Assembly (NCBI RefSeq): GCF_006345805.1
Contig: NW_021834952.1
Location: 1 to 43,313, forward strand
DNA from: Octopus sinensis
Taxonomy: Eukaryota
Reading direction: 5' to 3'
Length of the DNA: 43,313 bases
The position numbers and the translations under genes were made by a program. Shown in pieces: positions 11,773-26,600 of this stretch; the first letter of the stretch is position 1; the number at the start of each line of letters is the position of its first letter. Below the pieces are notes generated by a model. The model made no database searches. It worked only from the letters and a program-made list of their open reading frames with translations, and was not told the origin of the DNA.

Positions 11773-12224
11773 AAGCTTTACAGCAGATCGTAATTATTAC
11801 AAAAACTGCAGTAATAATGTCTTTCCTCCAGCTGGTTGTGAATCCTCCCCTACTCCTAGTCAAACCGGATCGAGCAAACTCATGGCCAAGCACTGTCACA
11901 TCCAGTCTTTTCATGGATATCTAGGGATATATTTCATTATATATCTTTTGCCTTCCATGGAGGTATAATGTGGTTCGCTGTTGATTCGGCTGTTATCAGC
12001 ACAGCGAGTAGACCACATACAGACCATCCCTCCAACGGCGTTTTGTACTCGAGTCGCAGAGTTGTCAATGACCTCTCTGCTATTAAAGTACAGCGTTTGG
12101 TAAATTCCATGAATATTCTATTCGTTGTTTTTGACTGGAAAAGTACGTTTCATTTGATGTCAGCATAAAGTGAAAGAGAGAGAGAGAATGACAGGGACGT
12201 GTGTATATGTTAATGGCGGGGTAT

Positions 12225-12396
12225 GAGTGAAAGGGGTGCTTATGTGCAGCTGAAATTTAAACATTTTGGTTTAAGCATATTGAAGAGGCGAGGTGGCTCA
12301 CATTAAGATTTAAGTGGCCCAGGAGAGGGCCGGGTTTTGTCGCTACTCACGACCTCGAAGTTACAAAAACTTCACCAGTTTAACCTCCGAATCCGA
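12225..12396 (-). pseudogene. Orphan H4 3' end (GFGG-stop, 3' UTR, mutated stem-loop)
   Basis: Duplicate of ~12515-12686; stem-loop at 12316-12331 reads GGCCCTCTCCTGGGCC. Confidence 0.85.
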
Positions 12397-12605
12397 AATG
12401 GAAATACTTACAATGAAATAGAATGGATTATTCACAATGAAATTGAACAAGAACAAACAAAAAGGGTTCACATAGATGGGGACAATACAATGCCTTACGT
12501 AATGAGCAGAGAGGCTCACTGAAAGGGATAAAAAGTAAGCTGAAATTTAAACACTTTGGATGAAGCATATTGAAGAGGCGAGTTGGCTTACACTAAGATA
12601 TGAGT

Positions 12606-12621
12606 GGCCCTGAAAAGGGCC
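12606..12621 (-). terminator. Histone 3' stem-loop (H4)
   Basis: GGCCCTTTTCAGGGCC on the minus strand, matching the SLBP-binding consensus. Confidence 0.95.
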
Positions 12622-12669
12622 GGGTTTAGTCGCTACTCACGACCTCGAAGTTAGAAAAACTTCACCAGT

Positions 12670-13684
<1,015 letters not shown>

Positions 13685-13718
13685 GTTGAAAATAATGAAG
13701 CTAATGCTTTATCCCAAC

Positions 13719-13734
13719 GGCCCTTTTCAGGGCC
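13719..13734 (+). terminator. Histone 3' stem-loop (H3)
   Basis: GGCCCTTTTCAGGGCC, 35 nt after the stop. Confidence 0.95.
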
Positions 13735-14582
13735 TCTAAATTTTTTCGTAAAGTTTTGCTAACCCTTAAGATAGTGGTATGTTTCGTGTTCTCGTATATC
13801 GTGAATTGTTTATTCGAAATAAGATCGATATATTGTTCTTTTCCTGAGGCTGGGGATGGCGATTTAAGCATTGGACTTATTCGTTCCGCCAAGTGTAATT
13901 CTAAATTAAACTTATTCATTCCTCTGAGTGTAATTTTAAATAAGGCTCGGCAATTTCGGTGATAGTATGTCCGGCACGGTTTTGTTTTCCCGATGCTCGT
14001 TTGTTTTTTGTATTTGTATCTATACGGAACTTGCAGCACAAATAAACCGCGATGATCGTTTGTTTCAGTCTTATGATATTTAGATTTCGGAACGAATTGT
14101 CCGTTTGATTAGGTTCCATCTCTCTTCGTAGTTTAAGGAAAACAAGTTGACTGGTGCATAACGTCTGCAAAATAGACTAAATTGTGATGTGTGCGCTTCC
14201 ACATCCGATCTGAATGGTTTTTATTTGTAGAAAACCCATTTAAAAATATTTTATTTTATGGCGGACTGCTCGCTCATTTAGGAACAATAAATATTCTTAG
14301 CCATTCGCGGTGAGAGCTTAAATGAAATTAATGAAGCCACTAGCCCTATTCAGGGCCTCGAAGTTTGTTTCCAAAGTTACTTTGTGTACACCGGACATTT
14401 TCTTTTTAATATCGCACCTCCTTGAAAAGTGTATTTTTCGGATACTTACGTTTTAGATGTCGGAGATTACGAATATGCAGAAAGGAAAACAGCACTTCAA
14501 ATTTCACCCCTTTCCCACTTGAATTTAAAATTTTGGCATTGTTTACCTTAAGAGATCATGCAAGTCGAAATTAGTTATAAAC

Positions 14583-14958
14583 AGGCGCCGGAGTGGCTGT
14601 GTGGTAAGTAGCTTGCTAAACAACCACTTGGTTCCGGGTTCAGTTCCACTGCGTGGCATCTTGGGCGAGTGTCTCCTGCTATAGTCCCGGGCCGACCAAT
14701 GCCTTGTGAGTGGATTTGGTAGACGGAAACTGAAAGAAACCTGTCGTATACACATATATATATGTCTGTTTGTCCCCCTAGCATTGCTTGACAACCGATG
14801 CTGGTGTGTTTACGTCCCCGTCACCTAGCGATTCGGCAAAAGAGAACGATAGAATAAGTACTGGGGCTTACAAAGAATAAGTCCCGGGGTCGATTTGCTC
14901 GACTAAAAGGCGGTGCTCCAGCATGGCCGCAGTCAAATGACTGAAACAAGTAAAAGAG
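14583..14958 (+). mobile_element. SINE family A, full length
   Basis: Same head, body and tail as 7207-7638. Confidence 0.88.
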
Positions 14959-15776
14959 TAATAAAGCGAAAGAAATTGTTCTGCACACAGCCGTTAACAC
15001 TCAGCGTTAAGATCTTTATACTAATTCCTTTTCGACTGCAGACATTCCGAATCTGCAAAAGGGTCGCCATTCCAAAATTTTAATTTCCCCACCCTAATTT
15101 TTCACTGGAACTTTTATTTTTTGGCGAAATACGTAGGATATGTTTGTAAAAAAGTTTCAGTGACAAAAAGTGAACATGTGGTTGTGGGTGTTTTGGAATT
15201 AAGATGTAAAAGTTAGACTTTTCAAAAAGTCTAACTTTTACATTGCACACACAAAATGACATTTTAATTTTTTTCGTTTTTGGAAATTTGTATTTAGTAA
15301 GTGGATCTTCGATTTGGCTGTTGTTTCTAGCTCGTCGTTTGGAGCATACATAAAAATTTAAGATTCTGATAACCTCCAAAACGTTTTCAAATTTTAATTT
15401 TTCCCCCTTTCCACAAAAACATGGGAGCGGGGTTAATTAAAATTTTAAAGACGTGATTCGTTGTTTAGCTGCTGTTTCTAGCATGTCGAGTTTTAGATAC
15501 TTTTCACGTCCATTTTAAGGAGGGGATGGATATTGTCTTTTTGAAATGTTACCAAATTTCATTTTTGAAGAATAATCTCCGTATCTTTCCACGCATTCCG
15601 CAAAGAAAATTCTGAAAAAATGTGTAAAATTGGGAGGTGAGGATTAAAATTATGAAATGCTGATATTTTTCTGCCAATTCGGAATCTCCGCAGTCGCATA
15701 TATGTATGTTTGCCCCAACATAGCCTTAGCAACCGATACTGGTGTGTTTACGTCCCTGTAACTTAGCGGTTCGGGC

Positions 15777-16079
15777 CCAAAACAAACACTCACCTGTTTC
15801 CATGACAACTCGACAATTCATTTCGGATATCTTCGTGACACCCGCTGTGACCTTGTTCTGTATTTATGTAATGTGTTGTGAAATAGATATAACGAAACTA
15901 TGCCAGCAAAAAGCCTTGCATATTTGTCCTTACCTGCTTCATGTATGTGAAACCCGAAAATTTCCAAGCAGGAAACAGAATCGAAAACACAAACAGACAA
16001 GCACGCACGCACACAGGTCACGAAGATATCCAAAGCGAATTGTCGAGTTGTCACAGAAACAGCCGAGTGTTTATTTTGG
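15777..16079. mobile_element. MITE with ~65-bp imperfect TIRs
   Basis: CCAAAACAAACACTC...GACAACTCGACAATTC...GGATATCTTCGTGAC and its reverse complement; partial relatives at 16376-16440 and 246-410. Confidence 0.7.
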
Positions 16080-16089
16080 CCTTGTCGAG

Positions 16090-16265
16090 TTATATCGTAT
16101 TTCTTTATTATCCATAAGGATTAACACAGATGGGGACAATACAATGATTTGGGGTAAAAAAATGGAACTTTTTACAATGAAATCGGATGGGTTATTTACA
16201 ATGGAGTTATAATGAAAGTGAAATTGAATAAGAACAAACAAAAAGAGACAAATGAAGTTGAAAGA
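16090..16265 (-). mobile_element. 3' UTR fragment of the same LINE family
   Basis: Reverse complement matches 23715-23890 (TTGTTCTTATTC...ATTGTCCCCATC...AATAAAGAAAT). Confidence 0.75.
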
Positions 16266-17173
16266 ACAGGTGCCATGGTTCGGCAATAAGTAGGTTTACA
16301 AATAAGTCCTGGGGTCGATTTGCTCGAATAAAGGCGGTGCTCCATCATAAATGACTGCAACATGTAAGAGTAAAACCAAAACAAACACGACTAATTTCCA
16401 TGACAACTCCACAATTCACTCCGGATCTCTTGGTGACAGTTGTTGAAATGGAAGAAGCTAATGGGATTGTGTGCGTGGTGCGTGCTTGTTCTTGTATGTG
16501 TCCCTATAGAGCTAAGAGTTCGCAGCTAGCTCTTTTGTTGTTGCTTCGAAATGGCTTCAATATTAGTCTATCAGATTTAATAACATTATCAAAAACATGA
16601 AGATAGAAACAAATAGCGGCTAATACACCGGAAAATATCTAACCAATCTAGTCACCTTTCAGCTAAGATGCCCCTCAGTAATTTGACAAAGTAATTCATA
16701 TTAAATTAAAGTGGAAACTGTCTCAAACCTTTATAGAAACTGTTTTCGAACCTTTTTCCAATCTACGTGGGAAAAATACGGAGATTAAAAATAAACATTC
16801 AAATTTATTTTGCAGCTACCTCTAACATAAATGTTGTCTTGTGCGAAACCGAGGTAGCACTTACGCGTACCCACGATCCTTTAAAACATCTCGCCCGACG
16901 AGCTTGATTCTGTCTCATCCATGTCAGATATTGCGACCTAAAATTAAGATATGCCTTACGAAAAGAGCCGAGAGGCTCACGGAAAGGGATAAAAAAAATT
17001 TCTTAAAAAGGAAGCTGAAATTCAAGCATATTGAAGAGGCGAGATGGCTTGCTGTTCACACCACACACGATTAGAATAGAATGGTGACATTTATAGACTC
17101 GTACATGGTGAATAACGAACTAAAATCGCAGATCTATAGAAAATCGATAGTTTACAATCACGAAAATATAGAT

Positions 17174-17189
17174 GGCCCTTAAAAGGACC
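17174..17189 (-). terminator. Histone 3' stem-loop (H2B variant)
   Basis: GGTCCTTTTAAGGGCC with one U-G wobble pair. Confidence 0.9.
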
Positions 17190-17210
17190 GTTTTTTCGAG
17201 AGACCAAGAT

Positions 17211-17588
17211 TTACTTGCTGCTGGTGTATTTGGTAACAGCCTTGGTACCTTCAGAGACGGCGTGCTTAGCCAACTCACCAGGGAGAAGCAGACGGACAGC
17301 AGTCTGCACCTCACGGCTACTGATGGTTGAACGTTTGTTGTAGTGGGCCAAGCGGCTGGATTCAGAAGCTATTCTTTCGAACAAATCGTTGACGAAACTG
17401 TTCATGATGGACATAGCTTTGCTGGAAATACCAGTGTCGGGGTGGACTTGTTTCATTACTTTGTAGATGTAGATGGAATAACTTTCCTTCCTCTTCTTCT
17501 TGCGCTTCTTGTCTCCTGCGGGACGTGAAGTTTTAGCCTTGGAAGCCTTCTTGGCTCCTTTCGAAGCGGTAGCTGGTGCTGGTGGCAT
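17211..17588 (-). CDS. H2B: Histone H2B
   Basis: 125-aa H2B fold ([21 protein letters not shown]...KYTSSK); stem-loop at 17174-17189. Confidence 0.99.
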   Translation of the reverse strand: MPPAPATASKGAKKASKAKTSRPAGDKKRKKKRKESYSIYIYKVMKQVHPDTGISSKAMSIMNSFVNDLFERIASESSRLAHYNKRSTISSREVQTAVRLLLPGELAKHAVSEGTKAVTKYTSSK

Positions 17589-17841
17589 GATGTCACTAGT
17601 GCTGGTAACTTCGCAGCTACCCTATTTATAGCTGTCAAGTAGGCTCAGCAGATGAACATTTTTTGCAAATCGGCGCCGTTCATTTTCATTGGTTGAATTT
17701 GACAACTATGTCACGTGACAAAAGCCCGCTTACTTTTCATCTGCTTCTCGACTGCTGGAGCCGATTAAGCAGTATTTAAAGGCGAAAATCTCTATATAAT
17801 TTTTTAATTCGCTTGTTACAAACTAGCATCGAACTTTGAAA
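17589..17841. promoter_or_regulatory. Bidirectional H2B/H2A promoter
   Basis: TATAAATA (minus, 17623-17630), octamer-like ATTTGCAA (minus, 17663-17670), CCAAT (minus, 17688-17692), palindrome TGTCACGTGACA (17709-17720), TATTTAAA near 17772. Confidence 0.85.
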
Positions 17842-18219
17842 ATGTCTGGACGTGGTAAAGGAGGTAAAGTGAAGGGAAAGAGCAAGACCCGTTCATCCCG
17901 TGCTGGACTTCAGTTCCCTGTCGGTCGTATCCACCGTCTTCTTCGTAAGGGAAACTATGCCCAACGTGTTGGTGCCGGAGCTCCAGTCTACTTGGCTGCA
18001 GTGATGGAATATTTGGCTGCCGAAGTGTTGGAATTGGCAGGAAATGCTGCCAGAGACAACAAGAAATCGAGAATTATTCCCCGTCATTTGCAGTTGGCCA
18101 TCCGTAACGACGAGGAGTTGAACAAACTTTTGTCCGGAGTGACCATCGCCCAAGGTGGTGTTCTTCCCAACATCCAGGCTGTTCTTCTCCCCAAGAAGAC
18201 CCAGAAGGCTTCCAAGTGA
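17842..18219 (+). CDS. H2A: Histone H2A
   Basis: 125-aa MSGRGKGGK...[12 protein letters not shown]...[11 protein letters not shown]; ATG at 17842; stem-loop at 18253-18268. Confidence 0.99.
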   Translation: MSGRGKGGKVKGKSKTRSSRAGLQFPVGRIHRLLRKGNYAQRVGAGAPVYLAAVMEYLAAEVLELAGNAARDNKKSRIIPRHLQLAIRNDEELNKLLSGVTIAQGGVLPNIQAVLLPKKTQKASK

Positions 18220-18252
18220 GCGCTTTCTGTGGAGTCTACCTTCAGCATCAAC

Positions 18253-18268
18253 GGCCCTTTTCAGGGCC
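18253..18268 (+). terminator. Histone 3' stem-loop (H2A)
   Basis: GGCCCTTTTCAGGGCC. Confidence 0.95.
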
Positions 18269-18781
18269 CACTACATCATAATTTTAGTCTACTTACCGTT
18301 TATTTTGCGATCCGATTCTTCATAACACATCACGAACCGTCATTCCATAGATACAGTTTATGGGCATCAGCTCGAGTTAGTGCTTCGTATTCATCTTATC
18401 TGTTTAAAGCTATTGTATTCTTTTGATTCAGCCTCTCTAGCTATTTGATGTTTTTACTTAACTCTTATGAATCGCTGTCGGATAGTTCCAAGTGATGACC
18501 TCGCCAATATTCTAAGATTACGGACTTTCAAAATGTTTTTAACTGTGGCTGGGAGAAAATAAGGTAAATTTTAATACTGAAAGTTTCGAAATTTACCGAA
18601 AAATATTGGTTTAATATTGCTTTAAGTTCCCGGTCATCAAAGAAAAAAGAACAAGGCTACTTGTTTTTTTCTTTTACTTGGTGTGGAAAGATCTAAAACG
18701 AATTTGGGTAAAAGAATGAGGGAGATGGTTTTCGGGAAATTCACACGATCCGATTTTTCCCTCAACTTTCAGGAGAAGGGA

Positions 18782-19982
18782 TTGTTTTACACCTATACAC
18801 ACTTTTTTTTGATTTTCTGATATTTGTTACGCCCTATATTAACCGAAAAAATAGTGTAATTGGTGTAAAACTACTTGTTCTAAACGAGTATCAAGAACAC
18901 ACACTCACACATGAATCATAAACTCCGTATTTCGCAAAAAAAAAAAAAAGAGAAGAAATTCTGGAAAAAGTGAAGAAATGTTGGATCTCCGCCATGTGAA
19001 TCAAAATACGTGTCAGAAACATCTTGAAATACTACAGAAATTATGTTACGAAAATGATAATGTATACATACCTCTTTGAGTGGTCCATCGATAATGATGA
19101 TAAAGAAATGAGTTGCATTTGAACTCAGAATATTGACTAACACAACTACATACTACAAGACTCAAAATATTCAGCCAAGTCACCACCCTTTAACTAGCAA
19201 TAATAATAACATCAATAACATAACAGCTAAAAGATTTATTTGTTCTGAAAATAACAATCATAGTAAATAAATATGTTCTTTAATATTCACATTCATGTGC
19301 ACAGTTAAACACACTTACATACAAACAGTCACGCATGCATAATACAGAACGGAACACAAATGAAGGATGCATTACTTAGTATATATTACATCTAGAGAAT
19401 TTTGATTAATAAGTCAAATATGCAAATTATAAAGATAATTAATTGCTTTACTAAACAGTGTTGTAAAGGCGAAAAAATAAATTTGGGAAAAAAATACACG
19501 CCAAAACTAATTAAAGGATAATTAGGGAAGGATTGACACAAAATAATAATTTTTTCTGTCTCTTTTTCTGATAAATGCATCTTAATAAGTGAGAAGAATT
19601 GCATATATCTGAACTATTTCAAAGAAAAGCATAAATTTAATGTTTAAAATAACTTTAACCAAGGAATGAGATCCAACATTTCTTCACTTTTTCCAGAATT
19701 TCTTCTCTTTAGTTTTTTTTTTTGCGAAATACGGAGTTTATGATTCATGTGTGAGTGTGTTCTTGATACTCGTTTAGAACAAGTAGTTTTACACCAATTA
19801 CACTATTTTTTCTTAGTTTAAAGGCCGTGGACTGAAGATGTGAAATTTCCGAAGCCTCTCCCCCACCCCCCTTTCGCGTGCGCGAATTTTTTTTTTCATA
19901 TTCGTTCATAGGAAGTTGTTTTACACCTATTACACACATTTTTTTTTTGATTTTCTGATATTTGTTACGCCCTATATTAACC
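18782..19982. mobile_element. Foldback-like element, copy 2 (same loop, rearranged and shortened TIRs)
   Basis: Loop 18990-19667 near-identical to copy 1; right TIR lacks two subunits; left TIR outer 63 bp are inverted. Confidence 0.85.
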
Positions 19983-20381
19983 ATATCTTTTAATGAAAGT
20001 TTATACAAATACCTTTTCAAACAGCGTAGGAATTTGAGGAAAACTTTTTTCTCGGTGTACAGGGAAGAAGTTTCTGATCACAAAGACTACATAGTTAATT
20101 TAATTTCACACCCTCCAGACCGATTTTTGTTCTTAAAAGTCCATATGAGGAGACTTTTCGATAGAAAAAAAAAAAAGATTGTAAAGAAAGGAAAAAGTGT
20201 AATTTGACGGAGATTTGGCTATTCTTTCTAGCACATTCCAGGACTACCCTCGTTGTTACTTTCTCGTTCACGCATGTATTGATGTTTCCCAATATTCTTC
20301 TCCCCATGAACACATTTATGCTATAAAGAGAAATATTCAACATTTGTGATTTTCTGTCAGCCCTGCTCTCCGCCTCTGATT

Positions 20382-20792
20382 ACTCTTTTACTTGTTTCAG
20401 TCATTTGACTGTGGCCATGCTGGAGCACCGCCCTTAGTCGAGCAAATCGACCCCGGGACTTATTCTTTGTAAGCCCAGTACTTATTCTATCGGTCTCTTT
20501 TGCTGAACCGCTAAGTGACGGGGACGTAAACAAACCAGCATCGGTTGTCAAGCAATGCTAGGGGGTCAAACACAAACACACACACATACATGCATACATA
20601 CATACATATATATATATATACATATATACGACGGGCTTCTTCCAGTTTCCGTCTACCAAATCCACTCACAAGGCATTGGTCGGCCTGGGGCTATAGCAGA
20701 AGACACTTGCCCAAGATGCCACGCAGTGGGACTGAACCCGGAACCATGTGGTTGGTTAGCAAGCTACTTACCACACAGCCACTCCTGCGCCT
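20382..20792 (-). mobile_element. SINE family A, full length
   Basis: Reverse complement of family A. Confidence 0.88.
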
Positions 20793-20920
20793 ATTGTTTC
20801 TGTTTGTAATTTAAAATATTGGAGAGACTGGGGTCATTTCTGGCATTTATCCACTGGTTTTAAGAAAAGAAATAGGTAAGAGATTAATTTTAAATAGCAT
20901 AATTTCTGTTAGAAAATGTT

Positions 20921-21348
20921 TTGGCAATCTTTCGTCTCTAGTAGACCTTTCCGTAAAAAAATTTTTTCTTCTTTTTTTTTACATATGGGCTTGCGGGAAC
21001 TTTTGAAGTAATGAGAGCGAAAGAGACTAAGAGAAAGCGATTGTATGACGAGGGAAGTTCTTTTGAAGTTACCGTCCAGGGGAAGCATTGATGTACATGT
21101 GTGTGTGTGTGTGTGTTTGATGGGGTGTGGGAGACAGACAGCATGTTGTGTAAGTGAAGTGCTTCTGTTAGTGTGTGTGAAGAGACAGAGTAATGTGTGA
21201 AAGAAAGAGATAACTGAAATTTTTTACTCGGTGTATATGTATATGTATGTATATTACTTCAAAAGTTCCCGCAAGCCCATATGTAACAAAAAAAGAATTT
21301 TTTTACGGAAATCGACGGAAAGGTCTACTAGAGACGAAAGATCGGCAA
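20921..21348 (+). mobile_element. MITE with ~85-bp TIRs (TTTCGTCTCTAGTAGACCTTTCCG...GGGCTTGCGGGAACTTT)
   Basis: Clear TIRs; inverted second copy at 29830-30233. Confidence 0.8.
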
Positions 21349-21662
21349 TGTTTTTTCTCTTAAACACAAACATGGCCTTCTTTTGTTGCCGCTTACATCT
21401 CACCAATGGAGCAAGCGTATGGTCCATTGGTATCATTAAGGATGGTGGGAAAAGAATCACAAAAGGATGCCCCCCTCGTCATTTCGAAGGTTGTGGTGAA
21501 AACCAACTGGAAAATCCCCGTCAAATGGAGAAATTCCAACTTATGTGGTCTTCTTCATCCGAAACACTTCTCCCCACTCGCCTTGGAAAAAAGTTCCTCC
21601 CACAAATTTCTTTATAATCGTAATCTATTCCGTTTGAAAAAAAAAAAAAAACATTTATTCTC

Positions 21663-22036
21663 TACTCTTTTACTTGCTTCAGTCATTTGACTGTGGCCAT
21701 GCTGGAGCACCACCTTTAGTCGATCATATCGACACCGGGACTTATTCTTTGTAAGCCTAGTACTTATTTTATCGGTCTCTTAGGCCGAACCGCTAAGTTA
21801 CGGGGTCGTAAACACACCAGCATCGGTCGTCAAGCGACGTGGGAGGGGGACAAACACACATATATAATTTCTTTATTATTCATACGGATTACCACAGATG
21901 GGGACAATACATATATACGATGGGCTTCTTTCAGTTTCCGTCTACCAAATCCGCTCACAAGGCTTTGGTCGGCCCGAAGCTATAGTAGAAGACACTTGCC
22001 GGAGGTGCCACGCAGTGGGACTGAACCCGGAACCAT
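21663..22036 (-). mobile_element. SINE family A, head-truncated, with a LINE-tail fragment inside (~21866-21910)
   Basis: Reverse complement of family A body and tail. Confidence 0.8.
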
Positions 22037-22585
22037 TTATATAAACTTTCATTAAAATATAGCTATTTTCCTGAAAGTTATGAGGGAAAAGTCGGATCGT
22101 GTGAATTTTCCGATGGTCCCCCATCCCCCACTCTCGTTCGTGTGCGCTAATTTTTTACATTCGTTTTCTACACATTTTTAAATAGGTTTAAATACCTATT
22201 AGACTAGTTTTTTTGTTTTTAGTCACTTTGTGTCAATGAAACAAGGAAGGTAGTCATGGGAAGTGCTAGAAATAACAGCTAAATCTCCCTTAAATCGCCT
22301 TTTCGTCTAGGTTTCTCCCATGGTTTATTAGTGCATCGTGCCAAGAAATAATAATAATAATAATTTCAACCCTCGAAACATTAAACTCATTTGCGTTAAA
22401 CATTTTACCAACTCAATATATATTTCAATGACAAAATACCTGCGTATGATTGATTGATTGATTCTAGTTTCAGCTCATGAGCTGTGGCCATGCTGGGGCA
22501 ACCGCCATGTTTGCTGTTCTTAGTTAATACCACGGAGAAACTCGGAAATATTTTCAGCATCCAAGGATTAAATTAAAATCCGAAA

Positions 22586-23098
22586 TCTATATATATAAAA
22601 CTGTAGTTGTGTGAGTGTCTTTCCCCTTCGATTTAGATTCCTAACTACTCCCACATTTTGCGGTGCAGTTTAACCAAATTCGGGTATCTTATAGTCGTGA
22701 TTCATATCGAGCCCGTCTGGCTATTAGCGCGCGTCTACGATGAGTCTACGATTTTAAAAATAATTTAACATCATTTTTTATTCCATTTTAATGCATAATT
22801 TTTCGTGTGTCGATGGCGGCGGAGTTGGCGTCCATGGTCACACCTGCACCTGTTTGCTTCTCCCCCTTCTTCCCTCCCTCGTGAAGCTGTGGGGAAGGGA
22901 GTGTAAGGAAATCAACGTCGTAAAGCGTTGTCAAGGAGACCAGCGTTCTTTTAGAACAACGACTTCATGGCTTGAAGACACCAAAACAGAAATGGCTAAG
23001 AAAGCCCGAATTGGCATCTATAAGGGAAGTAACTCTCTAAAAATGCTTATGTAGTTATTTCCCTTACAAACCCGAGCAACGCCGGGCGATACTGCTAG
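22586..23098 (+). mobile_element. Non-autonomous Helitron
   Basis: 5' TC(TATATATATAAAA), subterminal hairpin CCCGAGCAACGCCGGG, 3' CTAG, inserted between host A (22585) and T (23099). Confidence 0.88.
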
Positions 23099-23321
23099 TT
23101 TAAAATGAAACTAATGAGCTGAAGGTATATTAGACTATTTAAAGTCATAAATATATGTTCAGGATGTGAGGGTATCCATAGCTGTGCAATAAAAAGCTTA
23201 TTTCGCAACCGTGGTTCTAGATTCAATGCGCGATCGGCTGACGTGTGGCACTTACCAGCGATGACACGCAATGGGACCGAACCCGGGACTTGGTGATGGC
23301 AAAGCAAACGTAACCATTTCG

Positions 23322-23885
23322 GACGTGTGGGTTTATGCCGAACACCTGTTGTCAGACGGAAGAAGAGTTCAGCTGTCGTCTGAGTCAATCTTAAAAATTG
23401 ACCCGCCTGGTTTCATGACGAACGAAGGTAAGCATTGCTTTCTCGTGACGGTAGCAGTTGCGAAAGGGGTTATATGGAAGACTAGAGTGAAAGGTATAAT
23501 GTCTGTCAGACACCATGATCTCTGGCACCGCCCTAACGAACTTTTTCAGGTTCCATCTGAAAAGGAAGGTGGGGCTAGAGAAAAGGTGTCTGTCAGAGTC
23601 TGTATTCAAAAAGAGATGGATGCTAGGTGTGAAAGGCCTTGCATGAACACGCCGTGATCCCTTACCAAAAGGTTTCAGTTAAAATAACAGGGCTCGTGGG
23701 GTCGGCTAACCTGTTCTTTTGACTTCATAAGTCCCTTTTTGTTTGTTTGTTCTTATTCGATTTCATTTTCATTATAACTCCATTGTAAATAACCCATCCG
23801 ATTTCACTGTAAATAGTTCCATTTCATCCACATGACCCCCAAAATCATCGTATTGTCCCCATCCATGTAAACCCTTAGGGGTAAT
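23322..23885 (+). mobile_element. 5'-truncated L1/Tx1-like LINE (frameshifted ORF2 C-terminus plus 3' UTR)
   Basis: 20-bp TSD AAGCAAACGTAACCATTTCG at 23302-23321 and 23886-23905; empty site at 9627-9650. Peptides DVWVYAEHLL...FLVTVAVAKGVIWKTRVKG and, after a frameshift, ISGTALTNFFRFHLKRKVGLEKRCLSESVFKKRW resemble post-CCHC L1/Tx1 ORF2 ends; clade assignment is from memory of the family. Confidence 0.75.
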
Positions 23886-26125
23886 AAGCAAACGTAACCA
23901 TTTCGTTATATATTAATCATGAAATCAGATTTTATTGCTGTCTCGATAACGGCGGAAGGGAGATAACTCGGACGTAAACTGGCTGACAACATTTTAGCGA
24001 ATATCAAAAATATTTGTGTCTGCTTTGATAATTTCATGAATTTGAGGTCTTGTTCTGTTATAAAACATTAACGGATTAACACAATCAATAGACAGCATAA
24101 AGCTTTACATCAGATCGTAATTATTATAAAAACTGCAGTAATAACGTCCCTCCTCCAGCTGGTTGTGAATGTTCCCCTACTCCTAGTCAAACCGGATCGA
24201 GCAAACTCATGGCCAAGCACTGTCACATCCAGTCTTTTCATGGATATCTACGGATATATTTTATTATATTATATCTTTTGCCTTCCATGGAGGTATAATG
24301 TGGTTCGCTGTTGATTTGGCTGGTATCAGCACAGCGAGAAGACTACATACAGATCATCCAGTTTAGAGAACAAATCACCAACTATAAATTATTTCGGATG
24401 TCGTTTCGTAATCTAAAACTGTACAAATTTTATTTCTGTATTGTTTCTTGTGAATTAATCACAAGAAACAATACACATTGTTTCTAAGATGCTCTCTCAT
24501 TTACAGAATTGCGATGTCAACACTAAAAATACTTTTTCTCATCGCACTTCCGAATGGAATATTTAGACATTCTTTAGATCGCCTAATACTTTACTTTATC
24601 GTTAATATGATGTAGATCCAGGGATCTAAGGTACACAAAGCCAAAATTTTAAATTAAGGAGTGAAATTTGAAAAAAATTTCGCCTTTGCCACCTCCGACA
24701 TCTAAAGCGTAAGAATCCGTAAAATACACTTTTCAAGGAGGTGCGATGTTAAAAAAAAAAGCCTCATAGCCAAGCATTCTTTCATCCATGGATATTTAGG
24801 GATATATTTTATTATATTGTGTCCTTTTCATGTGAAATTAAAGTGTTCATTTTTTTTTTTTGTTTTGAAAGTTACAAAAAAATATGAATGCAGAAATAAA
24901 AGCAAACTCTTTTGAAAAGAGAAAAGTAGAAATTGCAAGAGAAATACTGCGACAAAATGAAATTAAAGAGAATCATTTTATCAACGCAAAACATCGTGTG
25001 TGTATGGAACTGAAAATGGTCTTGCTCATTTGAGATTTGGCTGTTATTTCTAGCATGTGGATAGCCAGCCTGCTTGAAGGCCAAAAATTGGGAGGAGAGG
25101 GTGTTGGGGGTATTTTGTCATTCTTTTTAAAAAATTGAAATTTTACAATTTTTTTTTTCAGAATCATAATCTTCGTAATTTGCAAAAGAAAATTTCCAGA
25201 AAAAGTGAAAAATGAAGAATAGGGGTCTAATGGGGGAGCTGGAAATTGAAATTTTGAATTTGCGATTTTCGAAAATCTTTTTTTCAGAATCGGATTCTCT
25301 ATAGCCGAAAACGTGGGTTTCCGGGAAGAAAAAAATCGATGTATATCCATTTTCCTGAAAGCTATGAGGGAAAAATCAGATCTTGTAGGCTGGCTTTTAT
25401 TGTTTTCGTCAACAGATGGGGATCTTTATATTGATCCCTCCCTCCAGAGTAATTTTGGTCAATTTTCTTGGCATGATGCCCTTATGGGAGAAACTAAACG
25501 ACAGGTGATTTAAGGGAGATTTGGCTTTTATTTCTAGCACTTCTCATGACCACACATGTTTCATTGACACAAACGTGTATTTCAATATTTGGTGACTCCA
25601 GGTCAAAGAAACAGATCCCCGTCTAATAGGTTTTAAAAAATGTGTAGAAAACGAATATGAAAAATTTGCGCAAACAAAGGGGTGTGGGTGGGGAGAGGAC
25701 CTTCGGAAAATTCATACGATCCGATTTTTCCCTCACAACTTTCAAGAAAATAGGTATCTTTTAGTGAAAGTTTATACAACTGTTTTTCAAACGGCATAGG
25801 TCACGATTATAAAGAAATTTGTAAGAGAAAAGCTTTTACAACTCGAGTGGGGAGAGGTGTTTCGGGTCAAGAAAACCACGAAATTTGGTATTTCTCCGTT
25901 TTGACGGGGATTTTCCAATTGTTTTTCATCACAGCCTTCGAAATGCCATTTTATGAAAAAACGGTTTGGAAAATTTTTACCCTTCCCACCACCTTGAAGA
26001 TACCAATTGGACCACACGCTTGCTCCATTGGTGATACAAGCATCAACAACAAATAAGGCTGTGTGTCTAAGAGAGAAACATTTTCTAACAGAAAGTACGC
26101 TATTTAGAATTAATTATCTCTTACA

Positions 26126-26600
<475 letters not shown>

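Noticed and set aside
16962-16978. GAGCC-GAGA-GGCTC hairpin downstream of H2B as another histone stem-loop
   Set aside because: Stem order and loop do not match the SLBP consensus.
23271-23657. 128-aa ORF as an intact gene
   Set aside because: Chimera of host sequence and a frameshifted LINE fragment.
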